From Candidatus Thorarchaeota archaeon (GTDB taxonomy: Archaea; Asgardarchaeota; Thorarchaeia; Thorarchaeales; Thorarchaeaceae): 33,293 nucleotides of DNA. This document shows positions 7,613 through 16,914 of this stretch, piece by piece (positions within the stretch are counted from its first letter, which is position 1; each line of letters opens with the position of its first letter). A model generated the notes under the pieces. The model saw nothing but the letters and a program-made list of their open reading frames with translations. It searched no databases and was not told the DNA's origin. Position numbers and translations under genes: made by a program. The stretch spans positions 1-33,293 of the forward strand of contig JAEOUG010000052.1 in NCBI GenBank assembly GCA_016839445.1, given 5' to 3'.

Positions 7613-9067
7613 ATGAAGAAGAAAGACCGCAAGTCTACTACAACTGATGCTGGAATCCCTGTATCCAGCGATGAGTTTTCTCTCACCGTCGGACCTGACG
7701 GCCCGATTCTACTGCAAGATGTCTACCTGATTGAGCAGATGGCAAACTTCAACCGGGAGAGGATTCCTGAGCGGCAGCCCCACGCGAAGGGTTCAGGAGC
7801 CTTCGGTTATTTCGAGGTGACCAAAGATGTCAGCGCCTACACCAAGGCGGCAGTGTTCCAGCCGGGCACGAAGACAGACGTCTTGGCCCGTTTCTCTACC
7901 GTAGCAGGTGAGCGAGGCAGCCCAGATACTTGGCGAGATGTGCGCGGCTTTGCTCTGAAATTCTACACCAGCGAGGGCAACTATGACATGGTGGGTAACA
8001 ATACACCCGTGTTCTTCCTTCGCGATCCCATGAAGTTCCAGCACTTCATCCGCTCCCAGAAGCGAAGAGCTGAAAACGGACTACGAGATAACGACATGCA
8101 GTGGGACTTCTGGACCCTATCGCCTGAGTCGGCCCATCAGGTCACAATTCTGTTTGGCGACCGAGGAATTCCTAAGACCTACCGGCACATGAACGGCTAT
8201 TCGAGCCACACCTACATGTGGGTCAACGCGAAGGGCGAGCGGTTCTGGGTGAAGTATCACTTCAAGACGAACCAAGGCATTGAATTCCTCACTCAGGAGG
8301 AGGCAGACAGAATTGCAGGCAAAGATGCCGAGTTCCACCGACGTGACCTGTTTGAGGCGATCAAGCGAGGTGACTTCCCCAGCTGGACTCTGAGAGTGCA
8401 GATAATGCCATTCAAAGAAGCTGAAAACTACCGATTCAATCCATTTGACCTCACAAAGGTGTGGCCGCACCGCGACTACCCACTACACGAGGTGGGTCGA
8501 CTGACACTCAATCGCAACCCAACCGACTTCCACACCGAGATTGAGCAGGCGGCCTTCGGACCGCACAACCTCGTGCGCGGTATCGGTCCCAGTCCAGACA
8601 AGATGCTGCTGGCGCGCCTCTTCTCATACGCCGATGCACACCGAGCCCGGCTAGGTGTCAATTACCATCTGATACCAGTCAACAGACCAAGAAGCCCCGT
8701 GCACAGCTACAGCAAGGACGGAGCGATGCGAGTTGAGAACGTGTCCGACCCCGTGTATGCGCCGAACTCAAAGGGAGGACCGATGGCGGATGGAGAGCGC
8801 TATCCCCAGGTCGAGGTGTGGCAGGCCAGCGGGGAGTTCGTTCGTGCAGCGTATACTCTGCGGAAAGACGACGATGACTGGGGGCAGGCCGGTACCTTGG
8901 TGCGTGAGGTCATGGATGAAGCGGCCCGTGGCCGTCTTGTTGCCAATGTCGTCGGAGCCCTCAAAGGAGGCGTATCGAAGCCCGTGCTAGAGCGAGCAAT
9001 CGAGTATTGGCGCAACATAGACAAAGACGTAGGAGACCGAATCGCCAAAGGCGTGACCGGCGGCTAG
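7613..9067 (+). CDS. katA: Monofunctional small-subunit heme catalase
   Basis: [15 protein letters not shown] (distal His), [17 protein letters not shown] (Asn) and RLFSYADAH (proximal Tyr). GGAGG RBS before ATG 7613. Confidence 0.97.
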   Translation: MKKKDRKSTTTDAGIPVSSDEFSLTVGPDGPILLQDVYLIEQMANFNRERIPERQPHAKGSGAFGYFEVTKDVSAYTKAAVFQPGTKTDVLARFSTVAGERGSPDTWRDVRGFALKFYTSEGNYDMVGNNTPVFFLRDPMKFQHFIRSQKRRAENGLRDNDMQWDFWTLSPESAHQVTILFGDRGIPKTYRHMNGYSSHTYMWVNAKGERFWVKYHFKTNQGIEFLTQEEADRIAGKDAEFHRRDLFEAIKRGDFPSWTLRVQIMPFKEAENYRFNPFDLTKVWPHRDYPLHEVGRLTLNRNPTDFHTEIEQAAFGPHNLVRGIGPSPDKMLLARLFSYADAHRARLGVNYHLIPVNRPRSPVHSYSKDGAMRVENVSDPVYAPNSKGGPMADGERYPQVEVWQASGEFVRAAYTLRKDDDDWGQAGTLVREVMDEAARGRLVANVVGALKGGVSKPVLERAIEYWRNIDKDVGDRIAKGVTGG

Positions 9068-9102
9068 TCTCGCCGGTTTTGCGCCCAGCTATCCGATTGA
9101 GG

Positions 9103-10650
9103 CTAGAGCGGGATGTTCCCATGCTTCTTGGGCGGCCTGCTCTGTCTCTTGCTGGCCAGTAAGTCAAGACCCTTGCAGATCAGTGGACGAGTCTCACGGG
9201 GGAAGATGACCTTGTCAATGTACCCTAGGCCGGCCGCGATGTAGGGATTTGCGAACTGCTCCCTGTATTCCTTCACTAGCTGAGCTCGTTTCTTCTCTTT
9301 GTCTTTGGCCTTGGCAATCTCCTTGCGGAAGATGATGTTGATGGCCCCATCAGGTCCCATCACGGCAACCTCAGCGGTCGGCCAGGCATAGACCAAGTCG
9401 GCTCCGATGTGCTTGGAACTCATGACATCGTATGCCCCTCCGTAGGCCTTTCGAGTGATGATAGTGATGAGAGGGACCGTGGCCTCAGCGTAGGCATAGA
9501 GAATCTTCGCCCCGTGTCTGATGATACCTCCCCACTCCTGCGCCGTTCCCGGTAAGTATCCTGGCACGTCCATGAAAGTGATGACAGGCAAGTTGAACGC
9601 ATCGCAGAATCGCACAAACCGAGCGCACTTGTCAGATGCATTGATATCGATAGTTCCCGCTAGGTGAGCGGGGTTGTTGCCCACAACACCCACTGACCTA
9701 CCGTCGAAGCGTGCAAAGCCCGTGATCATGTTCTGAGCCCAGTGCTGGAAGACCTCGAAGAACTCGCCGTTGTCAGCCAGTTTCATGACAACATCGCGCA
9801 TGTCGTATGGCTTGTTGGGGTCATCTGGAATGATTTCGTCGATCGACTCATCAATATCCTCTGGAGCATGACCAGTGTCCACTCGCGGAGGCTCTGACAG
9901 GTTGTTACTTGGAATGTAGCTAAGAAGCGCCCGTATCTGGTGGAAGCAGTCATCCTCATCCTCGCTGGCAAAGGCCGCCACACCGCTCGTGGTGTTGTGC
10001 TTCATCGCACCACCCAGGTCTTCAAAGGTGACCTCTTCTCCAGTGACCGTCTTGATTACCTCAGGTCCAGTGATGAACATGTGGCTAGTTCCCTTCACCA
10101 TAAGCGTGAAGTCAGTCACAGCCGGACTGTACACCGCACCGCCTGCGCAAGGACCCATAATGGCGGAGATCTGCGGCACTACACCGCTTGCATGAGTGTT
10201 CCGTCTGAATATCCAGCAGTAACTTGCAAGGGACTTCACACCTTCCTGTATTCTCGCGCCTCCAGAGTCATTGATACCTATCACTGGAGCGCCGGTTTCA
10301 ACAGCCATGTCCATGATCTTGCATATCTTGAGGCCGTACATCTCTGCCAGAGAGCCGCCCCAGACAGTGAAGTCCTGACTGAAGATGAACACCTTGCGGC
10401 CGTCTATTGTGCCGTAGCCTGTTATCACACCGTCGCCAAGTATCTTCTGTTCGTCCATTCCAAAGGCAGACTCTCGATGTACGACGAATTCGTCAATCTC
10501 GACGAATGAGCCGGGATCAAGGAGCTTCTCGATGCGCTCCCTTGCAGTATACTTCCCAGCATCATGCTGCTTCTTGATGCGCTCTGGGCCCCCTGCTTCC
10601 TGGGCTTTCTTTCTCATCGCCTCAAGGCGTTCGAACTTCTCCTTCGACAT
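9103..10650 (-). CDS. Acyl-CoA carboxyltransferase (PccB / MmdA / transcarboxylase 12S family)
   Basis: [44 protein letters not shown] and C-terminal KKHGNIPL. Confidence 0.96.
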   Translation of the reverse strand: MSKEKFERLEAMRKKAQEAGGPERIKKQHDAGKYTARERIEKLLDPGSFVEIDEFVVHRESAFGMDEQKILGDGVITGYGTIDGRKVFIFSQDFTVWGGSLAEMYGLKICKIMDMAVETGAPVIGINDSGGARIQEGVKSLASYCWIFRRNTHASGVVPQISAIMGPCAGGAVYSPAVTDFTLMVKGTSHMFITGPEVIKTVTGEEVTFEDLGGAMKHNTTSGVAAFASEDEDDCFHQIRALLSYIPSNNLSEPPRVDTGHAPEDIDESIDEIIPDDPNKPYDMRDVVMKLADNGEFFEVFQHWAQNMITGFARFDGRSVGVVGNNPAHLAGTIDINASDKCARFVRFCDAFNLPVITFMDVPGYLPGTAQEWGGIIRHGAKILYAYAEATVPLITIITRKAYGGAYDVMSSKHIGADLVYAWPTAEVAVMGPDGAINIIFRKEIAKAKDKEKKRAQLVKEYREQFANPYIAAGLGYIDKVIFPRETRPLICKGLDLLASKRQSRPPKKHGNIPL

Positions 10651-10798
10651 GGGAAAGACCTCTTGACGGTTCTCAGGGACACGAGAGCTTCGGTGTATTG
10701 AATGTTATGCCGGATGATGAATGTCCGCTCCGCGCTGAACCGGAACAGCAGGACTCAGGGCCATGGAAACTATAAGGGGGATTTCAGATAAGCGGAGC

Positions 10799-11059
10799 AT
10801 GGGAAGGAAGACGTACACTGACTGCCGTGGTTACCTCAGGTTCAAGGACTCAGGGAAGCTAGTCCACAGGTGGAAGGCAGAGAAGAAGCTCGGGCGGAAG
10901 CTTCTCCCAGGGGAGGTCGTGCACCACAAGAACAAGAGAAAGCTCGACAACCGACACTGCAACCTCGAGGTCTTTCCATCCAAGAAGGCACACTGGGCAA
11001 GACATGCGAATGACTCATGGTGGAAGACGAAGAAGCACAGAACTCGAAAGAAGTGGTAG
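10799..11059 (+). CDS. Free-standing small HNH endonuclease (HNH_3-like)
   Basis: GY...VHRWKAEKKLGR...VVHHKNKRKLDNRHCNL...H...H. TATAAG at 10771 fits a leaderless start at ATG 10799. Confidence 0.85.
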   Translation: MGRKTYTDCRGYLRFKDSGKLVHRWKAEKKLGRKLLPGEVVHHKNKRKLDNRHCNLEVFPSKKAHWARHANDSWWKTKKHRTRKKW

Positions 11060-11065
11060 TATAGG

Positions 11066-11938
11066 CTATCTCTTTGAGCGCATAGTATCAAGGTACTGAG
11101 TCTTCGTGATCTCTGACCGGTCTTTTCGTTTGTCTGCTTCGAGCGGACTCAGCTCGCGAAGGTCCACCCCCAACTTCCTGGACTCCCTGTCTATCCATCT
11201 CTCGCGAGCTTCTCTGGCAATGATACTTGCTGCGGCAACGGCGGTCTCATCCTCTGCTCGTGGGCGCTGAACCAGCTCGATTGACTCCAAGTCAAGCACT
11301 CGGGCGAGACGCCACTCCGTCTTGATCCGGGAGAACTCATCAATGACCACTCTCAAACCCTCAGTGTCGACCTTCTTCAAGCGTGAGTGTACATCTGAGA
11401 TGGCCTTTGCGTGGCCCCAAGCGAGGAGGTCATTGAGTGACTTACCTTCCTTGTGGAGATCGGCGAACATGTCATTGAACCGTCTGGGCGTAATCAGGAT
11501 AGTCGAGTGCTCAAGACTGCCACGTTCGATGTCAATGGATAGGTCGGAGATCTTGGCCAGAGAGAGCCCCTTGCTGTCTGCTACGCCGATGCTCTGCAGC
11601 TCAAGAGCCTGCCGGGGAGTCAAGGCGACGGCTGAAACGACAAGAGGACCAAGCCACTCGCCCTTCCCAGTCTCATCAGATCCTATGGTGATCGTACCAC
11701 CTTCCATCTTCGGTGCACTATCCAGCAGAGCCTTTCTAACGGCGGCTGCAGCATGAGGTCCACTAGACACCACTCTACCAGTCTTGTAGCCCACGATGGT
11801 CTCAGAAGAGAACTGAATTCTGAAAGACTCGTGTTCGCTCTTCGTGGCAACGCGTGAGCTGTGCCGGTCCTTCAGTACGGTCTTCTCTAGGTCCTTCAGT
11901 TGGCTGGGTTTGATTTTGACAACCGTTTGAGCCATCAT
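11066..11938 (-). CDS. rnhC: Ribonuclease HIII
   Basis: N-terminal extension with GYKTGRVV, then GSDETGKGEWLGPLVV, DSK, IDEF and RAE...VAAASIIAR. The N-terminal domain and Glu at the fourth acidic position favour HIII over HII. Confidence 0.82.
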   Translation of the reverse strand: MMAQTVVKIKPSQLKDLEKTVLKDRHSSRVATKSEHESFRIQFSSETIVGYKTGRVVSSGPHAAAAVRKALLDSAPKMEGGTITIGSDETGKGEWLGPLVVSAVALTPRQALELQSIGVADSKGLSLAKISDLSIDIERGSLEHSTILITPRRFNDMFADLHKEGKSLNDLLAWGHAKAISDVHSRLKKVDTEGLRVVIDEFSRIKTEWRLARVLDLESIELVQRPRAEDETAVAAASIIAREARERWIDRESRKLGVDLRELSPLEADKRKDRSEITKTQYLDTMRSKR

Positions 11939-11996
11939 AATTCCGCCAGATGGCATTCGGTGAACTGCGCTATTAAGCAACTCGCAGTATGAGCTC

Positions 11997-12785
11997 TCAT
12001 TGGTGCCTTAGATGTGCAAGGTCTCCTGCAACGACTCGCCTTGTCCCATCACTTGTTTCTACAAGCAGGGCACCGTCCGATGCAAGATCCGTCGCCAATC
12101 CCTCGAAGACCTCCCCGCCCTCCTCAGCACGAACACGTTCCCCCAGCGTGCAACTCAAGCTCCTCCACTCATCTAGAACTACGTCAAACGAGGACGAGGA
12201 CTCTACCTGGAGCAGGAGCCTATCAATGGCGTTCACGATGCCGCACAGAAGTTCACCGAGAGAGGTCTCGTGGCCCAGCTGGTCAAACACAGATGTCACT
12301 GGCCATTCGAGATAAGTGGGCAAATCCGCCCCAGAGAGGTTCTGATTAACGCCGATGCCTACTAGGACTGCAAGAGCCTCTACTCCGATTGTGACAGACT
12401 CCGAGAGAATGCCGGAGATCTTCATGCCTTCGACAAGGACATCATTAGGCCATTTGACGGCTGCTTTTGACACTCCAAGTTCTCTGAGGCCGGAAGCCAC
12501 TGCACATGCAGATAGGAGTCCGAGCAAAGGCGTCTTCTCGTTGCTCAATCGGGGATTCAGGATGACTGTGAAGTACAGCCCTCCTTCCGGAGAGAGCCAC
12601 TTCCTCCCGGCCCTTCCTCGTCCTGCACTCTGCTTCCCAGCAATGACGATAGTACCCTCAGGGCTACCCTCTTCCAGAAGATCTCGAGCCAATCTGTTAG
12701 TGGAGTCGACTTCATCAACCCACACGACCTTGGGCGTGATGACTCTGGTCTGGAAGCAGTCTAGATTGAGCATTGAAACTCGCAC
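11997..12785 (-). CDS. birA: Biotin-protein ligase (no N-terminal HTH)
   Basis: DSTN, QSAGRGRAGRKW, KWPND, KISGIL and GIGVN. True start may be ATG 12773. Confidence 0.95.
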   Translation of the reverse strand: MRVSMLNLDCFQTRVITPKVVWVDEVDSTNRLARDLLEEGSPEGTIVIAGKQSAGRGRAGRKWLSPEGGLYFTVILNPRLSNEKTPLLGLLSACAVASGLRELGVSKAAVKWPNDVLVEGMKISGILSESVTIGVEALAVLVGIGVNQNLSGADLPTYLEWPVTSVFDQLGHETSLGELLCGIVNAIDRLLLQVESSSSFDVVLDEWRSLSCTLGERVRAEEGGEVFEGLATDLASDGALLVETSDGTRRVVAGDLAHLRHQ

Positions 12786-12869
12786 TCCCGCATGTCTGAC
12801 GAAGCCAGGATAAACCTACAGTGATTACTTATATTCAGTGTGGACTAAGCGCCTTCAGAAGTGAGACAC

Positions 12870-13667
12870 ATGGCGAGCATTGCAGGTGCCGTTATCCTTC
12901 CTGACCCCAACCGTACGTTTCTCTTCAAGAACAGGGACCTGACCTCAGAGTCCCACGAAGACGTTGTCGTCTACGATCCCGACTTCTTCGGAGTACGAGG
13001 GTTTGATGGCGGAATTGCGATTGGAGTGAACCGTCATGGACTGGCTGTAGCAAACACCCATGTCAAGGCAACGGCGGACCCTTCATATCACGGTCTCACT
13101 GAACAGCTACTCCTCTTCGCAAAAGATGCAGAAGACGCGCTAAGCATGACCGCAGACCACTTGAAGAGCGGCCGTGTCTACCAATGGTCGAATTTGATAC
13201 TGGCCGACAAGGACAGCATGCTGGTTATCGAGCTAGCAGGCAGTGAACACAACATCGAGTGGTCTGAGAGAAAGGTTCTGAGAACCAGCCACCATATCAT
13301 GCTCGACACAGAGGATGATGTCAGGCAGGCCATTGGTGATGCATATGAGCATTCAATCCAGCGCCTGGATCGCGGCTACGAACTGATGAGGCAGGCATCC
13401 CGCCCGGAGCATGTCTTCTCACTACTCAAAGACCATGGAGGGACTCCTGGCCAGTCAAGCCTCTGCAGGCATGGCTCTGGCGGAGAGTACTCCACAGTAA
13501 TGGGGTATGTTGTAGAAGTCGACTTCAACACTGAGTCGGGACGTCCGAAGACTGTAATTCACGTGGCCAAGGGGAACCCATGTCAAGCCTCCTTCACCGC
13601 CATTCCACTGATCTTCCCCGCAGATGACGAGATCGTCAAGCGCGCAATCTCCATGTATCCGAAGTGA
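12870..13667 (+). CDS. Ntn-hydrolase-like protein (peptidase C45 / acyltransferase-like)
   Basis: FLFKNRD, GVNRHGLAVAN, NLILAD, IE, RTSH and SLCRHG pattern. The usual N-terminal Cys is absent. Confidence 0.6.
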   Translation: MASIAGAVILPDPNRTFLFKNRDLTSESHEDVVVYDPDFFGVRGFDGGIAIGVNRHGLAVANTHVKATADPSYHGLTEQLLLFAKDAEDALSMTADHLKSGRVYQWSNLILADKDSMLVIELAGSEHNIEWSERKVLRTSHHIMLDTEDDVRQAIGDAYEHSIQRLDRGYELMRQASRPEHVFSLLKDHGGTPGQSSLCRHGSGGEYSTVMGYVVEVDFNTESGRPKTVIHVAKGNPCQASFTAIPLIFPADDEIVKRAISMYPK

Positions 13668-13686
13668 GATTGGCGCAAAGAGCGTG

Positions 13687-14979
13687 TTATGTAGCGTCGG
13701 GGACTCGTTCCTCTTCAGCCTCAACCACTAGCTCAGCTTTCTTCAGCAGCTGCATCTCAGCCTCTTTCTGCTTGAAGAAGGCATAGAAGAACATGATAGA
13801 GAGGATGTAGAGCCCAGAGACCAAGATATAGGGCAAGCGATAGTAGCCAGCCGCTAGGAGCCAGCCACCTATATTCGCAGCAATGCCTCGGACCAGAGAA
13901 TCCCCGGTCCTGACCACCCCAACGGCCGTCGCTCTCTCTTCCTTTGCCAGCCCCTCCATGAAGAACGCGTTTGAAACGGGTCCAGCCATATTCATCAAGA
14001 CGGTGCGAGTGACATAACCGAGGACAGCGAGCTGGATTGTAGGGGCGCTGTAGATCAGTAGTAGGAAGGGAACAGAGAGAGCCTCAGTAATCACAACCGT
14101 TCGTACCTTGCCGATTCGATCTGCCATGGCGGGGGCGAGGAAATTGCCTGCAGACAGAACAACGGTGTTGATTGCGAAGATGATTCCAACAAGCTCAGCA
14201 TCAGCAGCGAACTCGTTGGCAAAGAACAGGTTGAAGAACATCACAATCATGCCTGCACCCAGGCCAACAATTGAAACCGTTATCGCATACTTCCCGATGA
14301 AGCCCCAGTTCTTCACGTTCCCTAGGGCAACCCGAACCTTAGAGTCGCTCGGTGTGTCACGACTCATAGGCACGACAAGGAGGATGGAAATCGCGTTGGG
14401 GATTAGACTCAGCCATAGGGCGAACCGGTAGGGGATGACCAATGAGCCCTCTGGACCAATTGACAGCAGATTGGCGAAGAGATTAGGCAGAAACCCTCCC
14501 AGAAGGTTCCCAGCAAGAACCGCAAGAAGGGAGAGACCGCTAGCGAAACCGAAGAGATGGGCACGTTCTCTATCGGTGGACAGCTCGGTGATGTACGGAG
14601 ACCATGACACCTGTGTGAAGGCACCTGTGAGACCTATGAATACCTGCGAGAGAATGAGGCTTGTCTGATCCAGAACTGTGTACTGAATGGCCACCGCTAT
14701 GAATGCAATCGCATTTGCTCGAAGAATCGTCTTCTTCCTGCTCATTCTATCAGAGACCGACCCAGCGACGAATGCTATTGCGGCCGTCGCAAACATGGAG
14801 ATTGAAAGAAAGAAGCCAATGAAGTCCTCTGGGAGACCTGCATCCTGCAGATAGAGATTGAAGATGACGCTGCTAATGCCATAGGAGAGTGAGCCGATGG
14901 AAGATGCTGCGATGTAGAGCCGAGCGTCTCGCTTGAACAATCGAATCTTGCCCAAATAGCCAAGTCGCTCTTCGCTCAA
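13687..14979 (-). CDS. MFS transporter
   Basis: About 12 hydrophobic segments; motif A as GSVSDRMSRK and PAMADRIGK. Confidence 0.93.
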   Translation of the reverse strand: MSEERLGYLGKIRLFKRDARLYIAASSIGSLSYGISSVIFNLYLQDAGLPEDFIGFFLSISMFATAAIAFVAGSVSDRMSRKKTILRANAIAFIAVAIQYTVLDQTSLILSQVFIGLTGAFTQVSWSPYITELSTDRERAHLFGFASGLSLLAVLAGNLLGGFLPNLFANLLSIGPEGSLVIPYRFALWLSLIPNAISILLVVPMSRDTPSDSKVRVALGNVKNWGFIGKYAITVSIVGLGAGMIVMFFNLFFANEFAADAELVGIIFAINTVVLSAGNFLAPAMADRIGKVRTVVITEALSVPFLLLIYSAPTIQLAVLGYVTRTVLMNMAGPVSNAFFMEGLAKEERATAVGVVRTGDSLVRGIAANIGGWLLAAGYYRLPYILVSGLYILSIMFFYAFFKQKEAEMQLLKKAELVVEAEEERVPDAT

Positions 14980-15097
14980 GAGAATCCAGACTCCGCAGAA
15001 ATGCCAAGACTTCTGCGGAATGCGTTTGGCCTTTATGCATTCCTACTTGGGCACGAACAGTAACGCTAAAACGCAGGCATGGAAGTCACCATATGCA

Positions 15098-16141
15098 ATG
15101 AAGACCATTGATCTTCGGAGTGACACTGTCACCCTGCCTACCGATGAGATGATTGAGGCAATCGTGAGTGCACACAAGAGCGGACGCCTCGGTGATGATG
15201 TGATAGGCGAGGATGACGTAGTGCATGAACTGCAAGAGAAGACAGCACGAATTCTCGGAAAGGAGGCAGCCCTTCTTGTTACATCAGGAACTCAGGGAAA
15301 TGTAATCTCTCTCCTATCACAGGCCTCGCGCGGCGACGAGATAGTCGTCGAGGAGATGTCACACACGTTTCTGTTTGAAGGTGGATCAATGGCCTCGCTC
15401 GGCGGGATATTCCCCAAACCAGTGAAGGGCATTCGTGGATACATCACACCTGAAGTTCTTGAAGCCGCCATAAGCCCGGACGACGCCCACTATGCCGAGA
15501 CCGCGATGGTCGTAATCGAGAACACGCATAACTACGCAGGGGGAGTAATCGTCAGGCCAGAACAAGTGAAGGCTCTCGCAGACACTGCACATCAGCATGG
15601 CCTTAGAGTTCACTGCGATGGAGCCAGACTATTCAACGCGGCAGTGGCTCTTGATGTTCCTGCAAAGGTTCTCGTAGAGGATGTCGATTCCGTTCAGATC
15701 TGCTTGAGCAAGGGCCTCTCCGCACCAGTGGGATCGCTTATAGCGGGCACAGAGGAGTTCATCCATGAGGCACATAGATGGCGCAAGAAACTTGGCGGAG
15801 GGATGCGCCAGGCAGGAATAATCGCAGCTCCTGGGATCGTGGCGATTGAGAAGATGGTTGACCGCCTTAGAGACGACCATGCTAACGCAAGATACCTCTA
15901 TGAGCGACTCAAAGACACAGAGGGCTTGGTCATCGAGAAGCCGGAAACTAACATCCTTTTTCTCGGCCTGCAGAATCTCAATATCGATGCGGCTGGCATT
16001 GCCCGCGAGCTCGGCAAACACAGCATCTTGGTCTACGGGGACTACGGCAACAGGACTAGGTTGGTGCTGAACCGCATGGTGGACAGGCACGACACCGAGC
16101 GGGTGGCGGATGTCCTTTGCAGTCTACTCACATCACTCTGA
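15098..16141 (+). CDS. ltaE: Low-specificity L-threonine aldolase (PLP)
   Basis: IDLRSDTVT, GDDV, SGTQGN, ENTHN, HCDGARLFNA, CLSKGLSAPVGS (PLP Lys) and GGGMRQAG. Start at ATG 15098. Confidence 0.95.
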   Translation: MKTIDLRSDTVTLPTDEMIEAIVSAHKSGRLGDDVIGEDDVVHELQEKTARILGKEAALLVTSGTQGNVISLLSQASRGDEIVVEEMSHTFLFEGGSMASLGGIFPKPVKGIRGYITPEVLEAAISPDDAHYAETAMVVIENTHNYAGGVIVRPEQVKALADTAHQHGLRVHCDGARLFNAAVALDVPAKVLVEDVDSVQICLSKGLSAPVGSLIAGTEEFIHEAHRWRKKLGGGMRQAGIIAAPGIVAIEKMVDRLRDDHANARYLYERLKDTEGLVIEKPETNILFLGLQNLNIDAAGIARELGKHSILVYGDYGNRTRLVLNRMVDRHDTERVADVLCSLLTSL

Positions 16142-16149
16142 GACTAACT

Positions 16150-16422
16150 TCACTTCATGGCAGAGGAATCAAGGATGGGACGAACATGTTTCTCCCAGCT
16201 GGGTTTGAGTGCGAGAACCCTTTCCGCGCAGCAGATTGCCTCTTCATGCTGGTTTAGCCTGTGATGGAGCCGGCCCTTGTAGAACCATGCATCAGCATAG
16301 TCGCTTGACTTCTCTATTGCCTCGGCGTACGCCTTGAGGGCCTCCTCGTAACGGCCATGGGCCTCATGGCTTCTAGCCGTCCGGTAGAGGTCATAGTGAG
16401 ACTTCGGACCTTCGTCTGACAC
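16150..16422 (-). CDS. Small TPR protein
   Basis: YEEALKAYAEAI...ADAWFYKG...EEAICCAERVLALKP. GGAGGTG RBS places the start near 16422-16428. Confidence 0.82.
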   Translation of the reverse strand: MSDEGPKSHYDLYRTARSHEAHGRYEEALKAYAEAIEKSSDYADAWFYKGRLHHRLNQHEEAICCAERVLALKPSWEKHVRPILDSSAMK

Positions 16423-16494
16423 CAACAACACACCTCCGAGCGGCATACTATACGCATCTTTTGCAGATAAGGTTAACACGAATCCAGGAATGGC

Positions 16495-16902
16495 CTATGG
16501 TGGCTTCTGGCACAGTTCTACAAGAACGCCGCCTGTAGCCTTGGGATGGATGAAAGCAATCTTCATCCCGTGAGCCCCAATTCGGGCCTGATCGTCAATG
16601 AGGCGGGCTCCAGCTACACGATGAGCCTCTAGAGATGCATCGATGTCTTCGACGCTCAGAGCAATGTGGTGAATACCTCCACCTCGCTTGACGAGAAATC
16701 CTGCAACAGGGCTGTCGTCTGATGTTGGTTCTAGGAGCTCGATTCTACTCTCACCTATAGTGAGGAATGCCACACGGACCTTCTGCTCCTCCACTACTTC
16801 TGCTCCAGTGTAGTCCAACCCCAGAACGTCCCTGTAGTACTCGATCCACTGCTCAATGCTCTCGACAGCTATTCCGATATGATCTACTTTCTTCACGTTC
16901 AT
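16495..16902 (-). CDS. mce: Methylmalonyl-CoA epimerase
   Basis: DHIGIAV, IELLEP, GIHHIA, FIHPKATGGVLVEL; adjacent to the mutase. Confidence 0.96.
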   Translation of the reverse strand: MNVKKVDHIGIAVESIEQWIEYYRDVLGLDYTGAEVVEEQKVRVAFLTIGESRIELLEPTSDDSPVAGFLVKRGGGIHHIALSVEDIDASLEAHRVAGARLIDDQARIGAHGMKIAFIHPKATGGVLVELCQKPP

Positions 16903-16914
16903 GTCGCCAACACC

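Noticed and set aside
9940-10509. 189-aa plus-strand ORF
   Set aside because: Antisense to the well-conserved acyl-CoA carboxyltransferase; no motifs.
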